From an uncultured cyanobacterium (lineage in GTDB: Bacteria; Cyanobacteriota; Cyanobacteriia; Phormidesmidales; Phormidesmidaceae), in assembly GCA_963793265.1 (NCBI GenBank), contig CAWBZI010000001.1, positions 608,001 to 672,000 on the forward strand: a DNA stretch of 64,000 nucleotides, given 5' to 3'. The first letter of the stretch is position 1; each line of letters begins with the position of its first letter. A program made the translations under genes and the position numbers. Below, piece after piece: positions 1 through 10,035 of the stretch. The notes beneath the pieces are model-generated. The model did no database searches and had not been told where the DNA came from. It saw only the letters and a program-made list of their open reading frames with translations.

Positions 1-644
1 TCGGCAGTGTCACCGTCAACAGCGTCGCGACGAAGTTCCGCGAGCGTGGTAAGCGCGTCATACCAGAGCATAGATTCTTCGTAGATAGAGAGGCGTTCTC
101 GACCCGTAGCTACAGTTAGCCGCTCACGCATCGCCTGGTCAGGCTCTATCCGTTGAATCCATCCTGCAACGCTCAGGTTTTCGGAAAGGCTTTCGGCATC
201 ACAAACCACTGACAAGTTCCACCGATAGTTCTTGCCTATGAGTAGGGGCGCAGTCGTCTCGGGCAGTAATAAGCTCACAATGCCAGCATCCGCAGGGACG
301 CTAAAGGTTTTCTGATAGAGCAGCTCTCCTGACTCATCGACTAGCCCAAACTCAAGACTTCTGTCTGCGCTAATACCGGGTAGTGAGAACCATAGCGTCG
401 GGTGCTCTGAAATTGTCAGACCGACGCTGCTTTTTGGTATCAGCGCGATAACAGGCTGATTAGGCGTCGTCAGGCAGGCGGTATTTGGGGATCTAGAGCC
501 ACCGCTGATCCGTCTGCCGGGTAGACCTAGCCTTTGGTTATCCTCTTGCGAGTTAGCAAAGCCAGGTAGGCCGAAAAGACTACAGGCAAGCATTCCGCCG
601 AGGGCTATGGCTATGGTCGTTTTTGTCAGGCTAGAGCGTCTCAT
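1..644 (-). CDS. DUF928 domain-containing protein (3' end runs off window)
   Basis: Manual translation from ATG at 644: MRRSSLTKTTIAIALGG...GLPGRRISGGSRSP...ALIPKSSVGLTISEHPTLWFSLP...YRWNLSVVC...GWIQRI...LWYDALTTLAELRR. Signal peptide plus typical DUF928 motifs. Absent from the ORF track because it is truncated by the window edge. Confidence 0.85.
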   Translation of the reverse strand, partial: MRRSSLTKTTIAIALGGMLACSLFGLPGFANSQEDNQRLGLPGRRISGGSRSPNTACLTTPNQPVIALIPKSSVGLTISEHPTLWFSLPGISADRSLEFGLVDESGELLYQKTFSVPADAGIVSLLLPETTAPLLIGKNYRWNLSVVCDAESLSENLSVAGWIQRIEPDQAMRERLTVATGRERLSIYEESMLWYDALTTLAELRRDAVDGDTA

Positions 645-884
645 ATCACACGCTGAGTTGAAGGTAGTTGCATATGGCAAGTCAAGGGCCGCGCCAGGAT
701 GGGTACGGAGCTGCCTCGGCTATCTTTTCTGTCTTAAAGGGTTTTCGATACATTGGAGAATCGTAATATTACGGACTCGTCACCGCGGCGGGCGCGTCAC
801 TAGCCTGGTCAGCACGAACCAGAGCATTGACTGAAGTGGCGATCGCTGGTGACAATAGAGAAGTCGTAATTTTTAAAAGCAAGT

Positions 885-1055
885 ATGGCTAGTATTCAGC
901 CCACTAAAGTCCCTAATATGGAACGCCCAAAAAAGGGCTTTAACCACTATGCAGAGCGGCTTAACGGCAGAGCAGCCATGATTGGGATGGTCGCTTTGGT
1001 TTTAATTGAGCTACTAACTGGCAAAGGTCTAATGACATTAGTAGGGTTGGCCTAG
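885..1055 (+). CDS. hli: High-light-inducible protein (HliP/SCP, chlorophyll a/b-binding family), 56 aa
   Basis: MASIQPTKVPNMERPKKGFNHYAERLNGRAAMIGMVALVLIELLTGKGLMTLVGLA; ExxNGRxAMxG chlorophyll-binding motif plus one TM helix. Below the ORF-track cutoff. Confidence 0.93.
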   Translation: MASIQPTKVPNMERPKKGFNHYAERLNGRAAMIGMVALVLIELLTGKGLMTLVGLA

Positions 1056-1059
1056 AACG

Positions 1060-1674
1060 TCAGACCAGCGCGTCTATCTGTGAAAACAGGTGTTCTAAGC
1101 TACCAGCGTTATCTAATATATGGTCGGCAAGCTGGCGCTTTCTAGCCAAACTCATCTGCGCGTCGATTCTGGACTGTGCATCTATGTCAGAGAGCTGATT
1201 GCGGCTCATGAGCCTTTGCTTTTGCTGCGACAAATTGCAGGTGACGACCCAGGTTTCGGTCACAAGGTGGGTCAAATTCGCTTCAAATAGCAGCGGGATA
1301 GAATATACCAGTGTTTGAGATGGCGGAAACGAGGCTGCTTTTTTTTGAAACTGGCTGCGGACAAAAGGATGAATCTGCTGCTCTAGCCAGTTCTTTTCGG
1401 TGGCATCACTAAAGATAATTTGACCGAGCTGACTGCGGTTAAGATCACCATCAGGCAGGAGGATAGTGGGGCCGTAGCGTAGGGCGATCGCCTCTAAAAT
1501 TTCACTTCCTTTTGCGACTGCTAATCGCGAATACACATCTGCATCTAACACAGGCAGCTCATGCTTTTGCATCAAATAATCAGACGCGGTGCTTTTACCA
1601 GTCGCGATACCACCTGTCAAACCAATAATTCGCCTGGCCAAAGAGCCAGCCAAGGAGTCAGCAGAAGAGGTCAT
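1060..1674 (-). CDS. coaE: Dephospho-CoA kinase
   Basis: IGLTGGIATGKST P-loop, DAD, LE..IHP, IPLLFE and RI.AQM motifs. Start at 1674 gives an ATGA overlap with the cobA stop. Confidence 0.95.
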   Translation of the reverse strand: MTSSADSLAGSLARRIIGLTGGIATGKSTASDYLMQKHELPVLDADVYSRLAVAKGSEILEAIALRYGPTILLPDGDLNRSQLGQIIFSDATEKNWLEQQIHPFVRSQFQKKAASFPPSQTLVYSIPLLFEANLTHLVTETWVVTCNLSQQKQRLMSRNQLSDIDAQSRIDAQMSLARKRQLADHILDNAGSLEHLFSQIDALV

Positions 1675-3215
1675 TTTGCCCATTCCTCTAACCCCTTTGT
1701 CAGCCCCGCTAGCGTGTACTCTTTAGCCTCGAATGTAACTTTGCCCAAGAGCATCTGGCAGTCTCTTGAGGTTTGCGGGCCGATGGAGGCGATCTCGACA
1801 CCCTCTAGCAAATCCAACCAATTTTCACCGAAAGCGCGCGCCATCATCTGCGCAAAGTGCCGAACCGTTTTAGAACTTGCAAACGTAATCACATCTATCT
1901 CTCTATTCTCTATCGCTAGCTTTGCAGCCGGTGGAATAGCAGTAGGAAGCGCTGATTCATAAGCGGCGACCTCGGTGACTAGCGCGCCTTTTTCTGACAT
2001 CTCTTTTGTTAATATCTCCCGACCGCCTTGTTCTACACGAGGAAACAACAGCTTTAGACCATTGGGACTTTCAGGAAAGTGTTCAATCAGAGAATCTGCA
2101 ACATACTCTGGCGGAATAAAGTCAGCAACCAGACCACGCTGAGTCAAAACAGCATTTGTCTTTTTCCCGACGACTGCGATCTTAAGAGAAGACAGTGCGC
2201 GGAAGTCTTTACCTTGCTGAAGAAGTCGGTCTAAGAAAAAGTTGACGGCATTGGCTGAGGTGAGAATAAGCCAGTCGAAGGTAGAAAGGATGGCGATCAC
2301 ATCGTCTACCGGCTTCCAGGTGGCCGGTTCACGAATTTCTAGCGCCGGAAAATCAACGACCCTAGCACCTTTCTCAATCAGCATTTGGCTAAACTGGCCT
2401 GATTGAGTCGCAGCGCGAGTAACCAGAATGGTTTTATTTGAAAGCGGTTGCAAAGATGTTGGTGGAGGCGCTAGATAGCTACGCAGGCTGACGACTTCTC
2501 CAACAACGATGACGCAGGGAGAAAGCTTTGCCTCACCCACTATTTGCGGCAAGCTTATCAAAGTGCCCTGCCAAATCTGCTGCTGGGGTTGGCTCGCCCA
2601 ACGCACGATCGCGACGGGTGTTTCGGGGCGTTTGCGGTGCGTTGTCAGGCGATGGCAAATCTCTCGCAGGTGCCGTCCACCCATGAGCAAAACAACGGTG
2701 TCGAGACGGGCGATCGCGGCCCAATCTAAAGCCTCCAAATCGTGAGCCGTAAACGCGCCAAATCCGCGACTAAGCACCTTATCAGTCAGTGGAATACCCG
2801 CAAGTAGAGGGGCGACTAGCGCGGAAGAGAGTCCAGGAACCACTTCAAAATCGCAGTCTGCGGCCTTAAGTGCCTGAATCTCTGCAGCGGCTCTACCAAA
2901 AATAAAAGGATCGCCGCTTTTGAGCCGCACCACTTGCTTACCCGCTTGGCAAAGCTTTACCAGCAGCCGATTAATCTCGGGCTGAGGTGTACTAGGCTCT
3001 CCGCCGCGCTTGCCAACGTGCCACTGCTCGCAGGTAGCGGGAATTTCCTGTATCAGCGAGCTATCTACGAGCGCATCAAAAACCAAAGCATCGGCCCGAT
3101 TGAGCAGCCGCAGACCGCGCACGGTGAGATAGCCGATATCGCCTGGGCCTGCACCCAACAGAAAAACTTTGCCCTGACTTGATTCGCTCTGACTTAATTT
3201 AGGTTCAGACAACAT
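1671..3215 (-). CDS. cobA: Uroporphyrinogen-III C-methyltransferase / uroporphyrinogen-III synthase fusion (CobA-HemD)
   Basis: N-terminal GAGPGD...RLKSGDPFIFGR; C-terminal HemD domain (ILVTRA, LTSANAV, FASSKTV, SIGPQT). Confidence 0.95.
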   Translation of the reverse strand: MLSEPKLSQSESSQGKVFLLGAGPGDIGYLTVRGLRLLNRADALVFDALVDSSLIQEIPATCEQWHVGKRGGEPSTPQPEINRLLVKLCQAGKQVVRLKSGDPFIFGRAAAEIQALKAADCDFEVVPGLSSALVAPLLAGIPLTDKVLSRGFGAFTAHDLEALDWAAIARLDTVVLLMGGRHLREICHRLTTHRKRPETPVAIVRWASQPQQQIWQGTLISLPQIVGEAKLSPCVIVVGEVVSLRSYLAPPPTSLQPLSNKTILVTRAATQSGQFSQMLIEKGARVVDFPALEIREPATWKPVDDVIAILSTFDWLILTSANAVNFFLDRLLQQGKDFRALSSLKIAVVGKKTNAVLTQRGLVADFIPPEYVADSLIEHFPESPNGLKLLFPRVEQGGREILTKEMSEKGALVTEVAAYESALPTAIPPAAKLAIENREIDVITFASSKTVRHFAQMMARAFGENWLDLLEGVEIASIGPQTSRDCQMLLGKVTFEAKEYTLAGLTKGLEEWAK

Positions 3216-3267
3216 GGTCTACCCGCTAACCTGCTGCCTTTATTCTGAAGCAAGATGGCACTCAAGT

Positions 3268-4191
3268 TTAGTCTTCAGGCATTGGGTTGGCGTAAATGCC
3301 CAAATGATTGGCGACAGGTCTGAGATTTGTCGGTATGCGCGCTTGAAAAGGCGAGTTCAAAACCTTTGCCCGTCCGCCTGAGTCCACCGCTAGGGTTGAC
3401 GAGCCGCCGCCGTCTAAGTTCAAAGCTTTGCTTGCACCTAAAGCAATCAGTTCCTCAGCGAGTTCAGCGAGGGTAATTCCTTCGCTATAGCCTTTTTGAC
3501 GGCCGTCTACGGTGACTAGCCACATCGCTTCGTGGGCTTCGTCTAAGGCGACGACTGTGCGGGGAAAGAGTTCGTTGTAGTTAGAGCCAGCGACGAGCTG
3601 AGCTTCTTTTAGGAAGTAGCGATCGCCCGCCCACCCATGGGCTGTCCCGTCAGGACAATCACCGCTATCAGCAATAGAGATTTCCTGAGCGCTAGCAATG
3701 CACAGAGCAGGCCAGTCAGCTTCGGCTTCGGAGTAGCGATTGCCATTAGACATCATGATTCCTACGGCATTTACGCCCTCACCTACATGAGGCGCATAGT
3801 CAAAAGGGTGGTGCACATGCATCGGGTAGAAAAAGTTAGCGTTAATTGCTACCTGCACACCTTGCTTCTGCAAAAATCCTGGCACCGTATCAGCGGTAGT
3901 CTCTTTCCCATCATCAGCAATCCCTTGAGGCGTCGCCAAAAACTCGATACCTGGCGCAGTCAAATCTACTGTTACAACGTGGAAGACAAGCGGTCTGGGT
4001 GTGTTGCGACTGTAGCGTTCGTAGGTGATGCCTTGAAAGAGCGATCGCACCTGAGGCGTTCGAGCGGGCCTTTTGAGCAAACAAAAACCATACGTCAGTC
4101 CGCCCGCTAAAACCAAACTACCTAATATACTCGCAGCAACCACAGCGAGTGTCTTGAACGTTTTTTTAAGCGATGTGTTTTTGAAAGCCAT
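3268..4191 (-). CDS. Phosphodiester glycosidase family protein (NAGPA/DUF2233)
   Basis: AINANFF, PRT, VDGRQ..S.G and ALNLDGGGSS motifs; N-terminal membrane anchor. Confidence 0.88.
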   Translation of the reverse strand: MAFKNTSLKKTFKTLAVVAASILGSLVLAGGLTYGFCLLKRPARTPQVRSLFQGITYERYSRNTPRPLVFHVVTVDLTAPGIEFLATPQGIADDGKETTADTVPGFLQKQGVQVAINANFFYPMHVHHPFDYAPHVGEGVNAVGIMMSNGNRYSEAEADWPALCIASAQEISIADSGDCPDGTAHGWAGDRYFLKEAQLVAGSNYNELFPRTVVALDEAHEAMWLVTVDGRQKGYSEGITLAELAEELIALGASKALNLDGGGSSTLAVDSGGRAKVLNSPFQARIPTNLRPVANHLGIYANPMPED

Positions 4192-4656
4192 AACCTACTG
4201 AAATTTCGTGTGTATCTATTTAATGACGAGCGTGTGTCTTTACGTATGGCGAGATGAAGATGCATGTGTTGTGGTAAAGAACTGTTGTGCTGACGCTCTG
4301 AGCCTCTGAGTATTCATCTAATATGAAAGTGTTCAAGAAAGCAGTGCCTTTCACCTCCAACGCACAGCGACTCGCCGTTTTCTCTTAAACATAAGGTGAG
4401 ACTTGAATCATAAAACTGTTGTTTAGCTTGACCGCTCGAATTAGCGAACTTCTTAATAGATACAGCCTTTAATCGCTTATTCCTGATAGCTCAGCTTCGC
4501 AAAAAACGCTTTCTTTCTGAGGCGATTTTGCAAGGCAACAGTTTCAACCTTTTCTCAACTAAATAAAATTCGTAGGAGTTCTATTTTTTTACACTCTGTT
4601 TTTACACTGCGTTCCGCTAAGAAAATGTAGTTCAGAAAGAAAGGAGACTTCAGGCT

Positions 4657-4806
4657 ATGAAACTTTTCCAAACACTCAATAGCGTTTTCCTCTATCTAGC
4701 TGAAGGGGTCTATCGAATCTTCAGCCCCCATGACGATGCTTACCCTGCGACAGGGTTGCAGCCATACGCTGGAGTCCCTTATTCCAAACGCTTTGATGTT
4801 TGGTAA
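4657..4806 (+). CDS. atpT: AtpTheta (Norf1)-like small inhibitor of ATP synthase, 49 aa
   Basis: MKLFQTLNSVFLYLAEGVYRIFSPHDDAYPATGLQPYAGVPYSKRFDVW; amphipathic N-terminal helix plus RIFSP.DD.YP..G.QP..G.P motif. AAGGAG RBS at 4641-4646; terminator directly downstream. Confidence 0.8.
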   Translation: MKLFQTLNSVFLYLAEGVYRIFSPHDDAYPATGLQPYAGVPYSKRFDVW

Positions 4807-4865
4807 AAGAGAACCGTAATCGTGCTTCCTTCCATACTTCCATAGACACACAAACATAGACACGC

Positions 4866-4902
4866 AAAAAGCGGGCAAAGTACCAACCTTTGCCCGCTTT
4901 TT
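4866..4902. terminator. Bidirectional intrinsic terminator between atpT and ndbA
   Basis: AAAAA-GCGGGCAAAG-loop-CTTTGCCCGC-TTTTT. Confidence 0.85.
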
Positions 4903-4937
4903 GATGTGTTCAGAAATATAAAGCTCTCTGGTGAGCC

Positions 4938-6341
4938 TTAAGCCTTTACCATCTCTGAATCGTCAGCAGCTTTCTTTTTACCCTGTGCCATCTCATCAAT
5001 GACTAAAGCCGAAAGTGCAGGAATAGAATCGTCGCCTGTAATTAAGCGAGCGCCGCGCTGACTTGTGAAATAGTGCCAGCCCCACTGAAGCATGACCAAT
5101 AGCTTGTTATCAAATTCGACCAGGTAGTAGATGTGAACGAAGATCCAGATAAACCAGGCAGGAAAGCCAGAAAGGTTAGCAAACCCCAAGCTAGCGACAG
5201 CTTCGTTGCGGCCAATGACAGCTAGGCTCCCTTTGTCCTTGTACTCAAAGGGTTTAACGGGCTGCTTGGCAACGCGGCTTTTGATAGATTTTGCTAGATA
5301 CTCACCTTGCTGCATAGCAGTAGAAGCTGTGCCGGGAACAGGGCCGTCATTGTTGTGAGCGTAGTGAGCCAAATCGCCTGCGATGAATATGTTAGGACAG
5401 CCTGGTACGCTTAAATCCGGCTCTACAATGATGCGGCCAATGCGGTCTAATGGTGCACCCGTTTGATCAGCGATCGCCTTCCCCATTGGCGAAGCCTTAA
5501 TGCCCGCTGCCCACAGTACGGTAAACGCCTGAACTTTCTCTTCACTATCGCCGCTTTTGAGCGTCACGATATCGCCATCAATATTAGTCACCAGCGTATT
5601 GGTACGAACCTCTACGCCTAGCTTCTCTAGAGACTTTTTCGCAGCCACAGACAGATCGCCAGGGTAGGGCGGCAGCACTCTGTCCATACCTTCGAGCAGG
5701 ACAACTTTAGTTTCCCCAGGATTGATGCTACGGAAGTCTTCGCGGAGTGTTTCGTAGGCAAGTTCAGCGATCGCACCCGAAAGCTCCACACCCGTAGGCC
5801 CACCACCCACAATAAAGAAGGTCAGCAGCGCCTCACGCCGAGCCGGGTCAGTTTCATTTTCAGCCGCCTCAAATGCCAAAAAGATCCGACGACGAACCTC
5901 AAGCGCGTCTTCAATCGTTTTCATGCCCGGCGCAATCGACGACCACTCATCTTTACCAAAGTAGTGATGGCTAGAACCCGTCGCAACGATCAGGCTATCG
6001 TAGCTAACACTTTCACCGCTCTTAAGCCGAACGTTTTGATCCTCAGGCTTAATGCCGACGACCTCGCCCATCAAGACCTGTACGTTCTTTTGCTTGCTGA
6101 GAATGGCGCGCAGCGGCGAAGAAATATCTCCTGCAGAAAGTCCGCCAGTAGCGACCTGATAGAGCAGCGGTTGAAACAGGTGAAAGTTGCGCTTGTCGAT
6201 TAAGGTGACTTTGACGTTGGCTTTGCCAAGAGCTTTGGCAGCGTACAGTCCTCCAAAGCCACCGCCGACAATCACAACATGATGAGGTGCGGGTTTGTGA
6301 GTTGCGACGGAGACGGGCTTGTTCTGGAGAACTGCTGTCAT
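4938..6341 (-). CDS. ndbA: Type II NADH dehydrogenase (NDH-2)
   Basis: Two GxGxxG Rossmann motifs (GGGFGG, GGGPTGVE), FHLFQPLLYQVATG, WAAG, C-terminal amphipathic/TM region. Confidence 0.9.
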   Translation of the reverse strand: MTAVLQNKPVSVATHKPAPHHVVIVGGGFGGLYAAKALGKANVKVTLIDKRNFHLFQPLLYQVATGGLSAGDISSPLRAILSKQKNVQVLMGEVVGIKPEDQNVRLKSGESVSYDSLIVATGSSHHYFGKDEWSSIAPGMKTIEDALEVRRRIFLAFEAAENETDPARREALLTFFIVGGGPTGVELSGAIAELAYETLREDFRSINPGETKVVLLEGMDRVLPPYPGDLSVAAKKSLEKLGVEVRTNTLVTNIDGDIVTLKSGDSEEKVQAFTVLWAAGIKASPMGKAIADQTGAPLDRIGRIIVEPDLSVPGCPNIFIAGDLAHYAHNNDGPVPGTASTAMQQGEYLAKSIKSRVAKQPVKPFEYKDKGSLAVIGRNEAVASLGFANLSGFPAWFIWIFVHIYYLVEFDNKLLVMLQWGWHYFTSQRGARLITGDDSIPALSALVIDEMAQGKKKAADDSEMVKA

Positions 6342-6717
6342 AGTTAGTAACCGATGATTATTTAACTTAAATAAAGTTTATAACTCTAGCGCCTTATTTT
6401 TCTAGTGCTCAGACAGACACTTCATAGAAAGTTGTTGGGTTGAGGCGGCTCTGACAGGCTTAATTCTGTCTAAATAAATAGAAATAACTTTAATAAGTAG
6501 GCGTAATTAGAGCATAGCTATTGACTTGTGGATCAATGTGCCCATTATATTGAAGCCCATTGATTATTTTTACTGTGCCGATGGTTACCGTTGCGATCGC
6601 TTAGCGCTACGCTCAATCGTAGAGTTTGGTAGCTTTGATGCCATATGAGACGCAGAGAAATTGTAGAGTTTAGATAGCTGCGGCAGCGGCGAGATTAAGG
6701 CGAGGAGATTTGAGGAC

Positions 6718-8541
6718 ATGGGGTTAATTGTTCAGAAGTATGGTGGTACTTCCGTTGGTAGCGTAGAGCGGATTCAGGCGGTAGCTGAGCGAATTCAGGC
6801 AACGGCCAAAGCTGGGAACTCAGTGATTGTCGTGGTTTCGGCAATGGGCAAAAGCACTGATGGCTTAGTGCAGCTTGCGACCGAAATTTCGAGTAACCCT
6901 AGCCGTAGAGAAATGGATATGCTGCTCTCGACTGGGGAGCAGGTGACGATTGCCCTATTGAGCATGGCCCTGCATGAACGCGGACAGGCCGCTATCTCTC
7001 TAACTGGCGCACAGGTTGGAATTGTGACCGAGGCTGAACATAGTCGCGCTCGCATCTTAGAAATTAAAACGCACCGCCTAAAGCGTCATTTAGAAGAGGG
7101 CAAAGTCATTGTCGTCGCAGGCTTTCAAGGCACTAGCCGCAGTGACGAACAAGAGAATGATATTGAAATTACGACGCTAGGACGTGGCGGCTCTGACACC
7201 TCAGCCGTTGCCTTAGCCGCCGCTATGCAGGCAGAACGCTGCGAGATTTATACAGATGTCCCTGGCATTTTGACCTCTGATCCGCGTGTAGTACCCGAAG
7301 CGCAGCTCATGGAGGAAATCACCTGCGATGAAATGTTAGAGCTAGCGAGCTTAGGCGCGAGCGTACTGCATCCTCGGGCGGTAGAGATTGCTCGAAACTA
7401 TGGCATTACGCTCGTGGTGCGATCTAGCTGGACAGATCAGCCTGGTACTCGTGTAACCTCACCTGCGCCACAGCCTAGACCCCTAGAAGGATTGGAGCTA
7501 GGCAATCCAGTCGACGCCGTGGAATTTGATACTGACCAGGCCAAGATAGCGCTGCTGCGAGTGCCCGATAAGCCGGGGGTGGCCGCTCAGCTATTTGGCG
7601 AGCTAGCAGGGCAGGCGCTGAATGTAGATTTGATTATTCAGTCTATTCATGAGGGCAATTCCAATGACATTGCATTCACGGTTCACAGTAAGTCGTTGGC
7701 TCAAGCAACCAGCGTTGCCGAGCATATTGCGCCTACGCTGAGATCGGATGTCTCTGCGACAGATGAGGCCGAGGTACAAACGTCTGACAAAATTGCCAAG
7801 CTGAGTATTGCAGGCGCAGGTATGATTGGCCGTCCTGGGGTAGCAGCAGGTATGTTTTCAGCGCTGGCGGCGGCGGGTGTGAATATTCAGATGATTTCGA
7901 CTTCGGAGGTGAAGGTGAGCTGTACGGTGGCTGCGAAGGATTGCGATCGCGCGATCACCACTCTCTGCAAACATTTCGACGTATCCAACTCACCTGCTAG
8001 GCTCGATCAAGCCCGCATACTTCCCACCGATCTCCCTTCAGTACGCGGCGCAGCTTTAGATCTCAAACAAGCACAGCTCGCCATTCGCTACGTGCCTGAC
8101 CAGCCGGGACTAGCCGCCCGCATCTTTCAAATCTTGGCCGATCGAGGCATTAGCGTGGACATGATTATTCAATCTCAGCGCAGCCGCCCGCACGAGGGGC
8201 AAATGACCCGTGATATTGCCTGCACAGTAGGTCAGGCTGAGGCGGCACTGGCCAAAGAGGTGTTGCAATCGGCGGCGGCTGAGTTGGGGTATGGAGAAGT
8301 TTGGGTGAATGAGGCGATCGCTAAAGTAAGCGTCGTCGGGATCGGCATGATCCATCGCCCCGGCATCGCTGCTGCTATGTTTCAGTCATTAGCTAAAGCA
8401 GGTATCAACATTCATATGATTGCGACTTCAGAGATCAAAATTAGCTGCGTTGTGAAACAAGCACAAGGCGTAGAAGCTTTAAAGGTCATCCATTCAGCCT
8501 TTGGTTTAGCTGGGAATAAAACCATTGAGGTACCCGCATGA
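6718..8541 (+). CDS. lysC: Aspartate kinase (cyanobacterial four-ACT type)
   Basis: [26 protein letters not shown]; four C-terminal ACT repeats. Confidence 0.96.
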   Translation: MGLIVQKYGGTSVGSVERIQAVAERIQATAKAGNSVIVVVSAMGKSTDGLVQLATEISSNPSRREMDMLLSTGEQVTIALLSMALHERGQAAISLTGAQVGIVTEAEHSRARILEIKTHRLKRHLEEGKVIVVAGFQGTSRSDEQENDIEITTLGRGGSDTSAVALAAAMQAERCEIYTDVPGILTSDPRVVPEAQLMEEITCDEMLELASLGASVLHPRAVEIARNYGITLVVRSSWTDQPGTRVTSPAPQPRPLEGLELGNPVDAVEFDTDQAKIALLRVPDKPGVAAQLFGELAGQALNVDLIIQSIHEGNSNDIAFTVHSKSLAQATSVAEHIAPTLRSDVSATDEAEVQTSDKIAKLSIAGAGMIGRPGVAAGMFSALAAAGVNIQMISTSEVKVSCTVAAKDCDRAITTLCKHFDVSNSPARLDQARILPTDLPSVRGAALDLKQAQLAIRYVPDQPGLAARIFQILADRGISVDMIIQSQRSRPHEGQMTRDIACTVGQAEAALAKEVLQSAAAELGYGEVWVNEAIAKVSVVGIGMIHRPGIAAAMFQSLAKAGINIHMIATSEIKISCVVKQAQGVEALKVIHSAFGLAGNKTIEVPA

Positions 8542-8766
8542 GTCAAGATACCGCTATTTTTCTAGGCAGCGTAGCTTTATTCTTTGGCTACCTAGTTTTG
8601 TCTGCAAAAACTGAGATGGGTACGAAGACGAGCTTTCGATGGCCGTGGCAAAAATAATGAGAGAAAGCCATCAAAAAACGCTGCTAAATGGAGAGGCAGC
8701 TCACCCTTGTTTAGCAACGCGTAATTTTGAAAAAAGGTGTTGGGAAGCGATTGACTAAGCGATTGA

Positions 8767-9750
8767 CTAAGCGACTGGTGGGCGACGGCGAGTTGCACCC
8801 AAGCCTGCGGCAAGTAAACCCACGCTAATTAGAGACATAGACATAGGTTCAGGAACCGGCTGCGCGGCGACTTCTCTGAATGTGCCTGCGGCAACAGGCG
8901 CTGTGAGACGGAAGACTTGACCGTCACCGACATCGACACCGAGAGGAGCGCCACTGCCTGCGGCTGTGACTGCTGCGTCAATAGGATTAGAAATCTCTGC
9001 GGGGAGCGTTAGTCCGTGAATCACAATCTCTCGGAAATCGAGAGGATTCAAGTTGTTGTATTGACGAGCCTGATCGGCATCAGATAGATCGAAGCTATAG
9101 GTAGTATCTAGAACAAACTCTGTACCACTTGGAAAAAGCTCGCCAGGATTGATTTCCCCAGCACCCGCTCTTTGCAAGAACTGAGTAAGTGGTGGCAGGC
9201 CAGAGGGTGGCGCAGGCTGCTGCTCAGAGGACAGATTCAAAATCACTGGGCCGTAGGCAGGACGACCTTCAATAAAGTTGAGATAGCCATCGCCATCAGC
9301 ATCATCCATGGCCAGCGTAGGCAGCCTTGATGGCACGGGCCTGCCACCAGTTCCGGCAAAGAAAGGGCCGTTGCCCTGCTCGAATAAAGGCAAAGAGGCA
9401 TTGCCTAGAAACTGACCGTGAATGTGGGCAACGTGAACGCCGCCAAACTCAGTCAGGTCTTGCAGTCCAGTGACGTTGACTTTAACTTGTAGGCTCGCTG
9501 TGTTGGCGATGCTGTCAAGCGTTTCGATAATAGAGGCAGAGCCGGAAGCGCGAGAGCCAAAGGCACTGTTGAGCGTACCGATTTCGCTGGTGTAGGTGCT
9601 GGTAGAAAGATGTGCAGCGAGTGCGGATAATGGCAGTGTAGCCGTCGCGGCAACGGCTGTCAGCGTGGAAAATAGCAGTGCTTTCAAGGCGGTTAATCCC
9701 TTTGAAGATGCTCTTAAGGCATTTCTATCTGGATTTTTGGCGATATGCAT
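8767..9750 (-). CDS. Secreted PEP-CTERM protein with His-rich (CHRD/SOD-like) domain
   Basis: Signal peptide; HVAHIHG, DADGDG loop and IVIHGL; C-terminal VPEP + TM + RRR exosortase sorting signal. Confidence 0.8.
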   Translation of the reverse strand: MHIAKNPDRNALRASSKGLTALKALLFSTLTAVAATATLPLSALAAHLSTSTYTSEIGTLNSAFGSRASGSASIIETLDSIANTASLQVKVNVTGLQDLTEFGGVHVAHIHGQFLGNASLPLFEQGNGPFFAGTGGRPVPSRLPTLAMDDADGDGYLNFIEGRPAYGPVILNLSSEQQPAPPSGLPPLTQFLQRAGAGEINPGELFPSGTEFVLDTTYSFDLSDADQARQYNNLNPLDFREIVIHGLTLPAEISNPIDAAVTAAGSGAPLGVDVGDGQVFRLTAPVAAGTFREVAAQPVPEPMSMSLISVGLLAAGLGATRRRPPVA

Positions 9751-9813
9751 AAGATTTAGGATTTGTGTACGGCGAGAATACGGAACGGAAGTAGATGCCC
9801 TTCGTAGTCGGGG

Positions 9814-9839
9814 TACGTATGAGGGCTATGAGCGGATTC
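9814..9839 (-). promoter_or_regulatory. Putative ECF sigma promoter for the PEP-CTERM gene (GAATCC-N16-CGTA)
   Basis: Minus strand reads GAATCC gctcatagccctcata CGTA, about 65 nt upstream of ATG 9750. A matching motif precedes the anti-sigma gene. Confidence 0.6.
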
Positions 9840-10035
9840 GGAATAGACGATAAAGCGGGAAAAACCCGTTGAAACTTCGCAGCGCCTTTATAAAGTGCGA
9901 ATGAAGATATAATTCTTGTGAAGCAAGCAGTACTAAGCAACCTTTACGAATAGCGAGTATACGAATAGCGATTAACTATGGCCCAAATCTATATAAGATG
10001 GTGAGACGAGCATATCTTTTTGCCCCCTGTCCCGT

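Noticed and set aside
607..834. 75-aa plus-strand ORF
   Set aside because: Overlaps the DUF928 start and the divergent promoter region; no recognisable protein features.
4229..4266. CATACGTA upstream of the phosphodiester glycosidase gene as a third ECF promoter
   Set aside because: No GAATCC-like -35 element at 16-17 nt spacing.
4696..4878. 60-aa minus-strand ORF
   Set aside because: Antisense shadow of the better-supported atpT gene.
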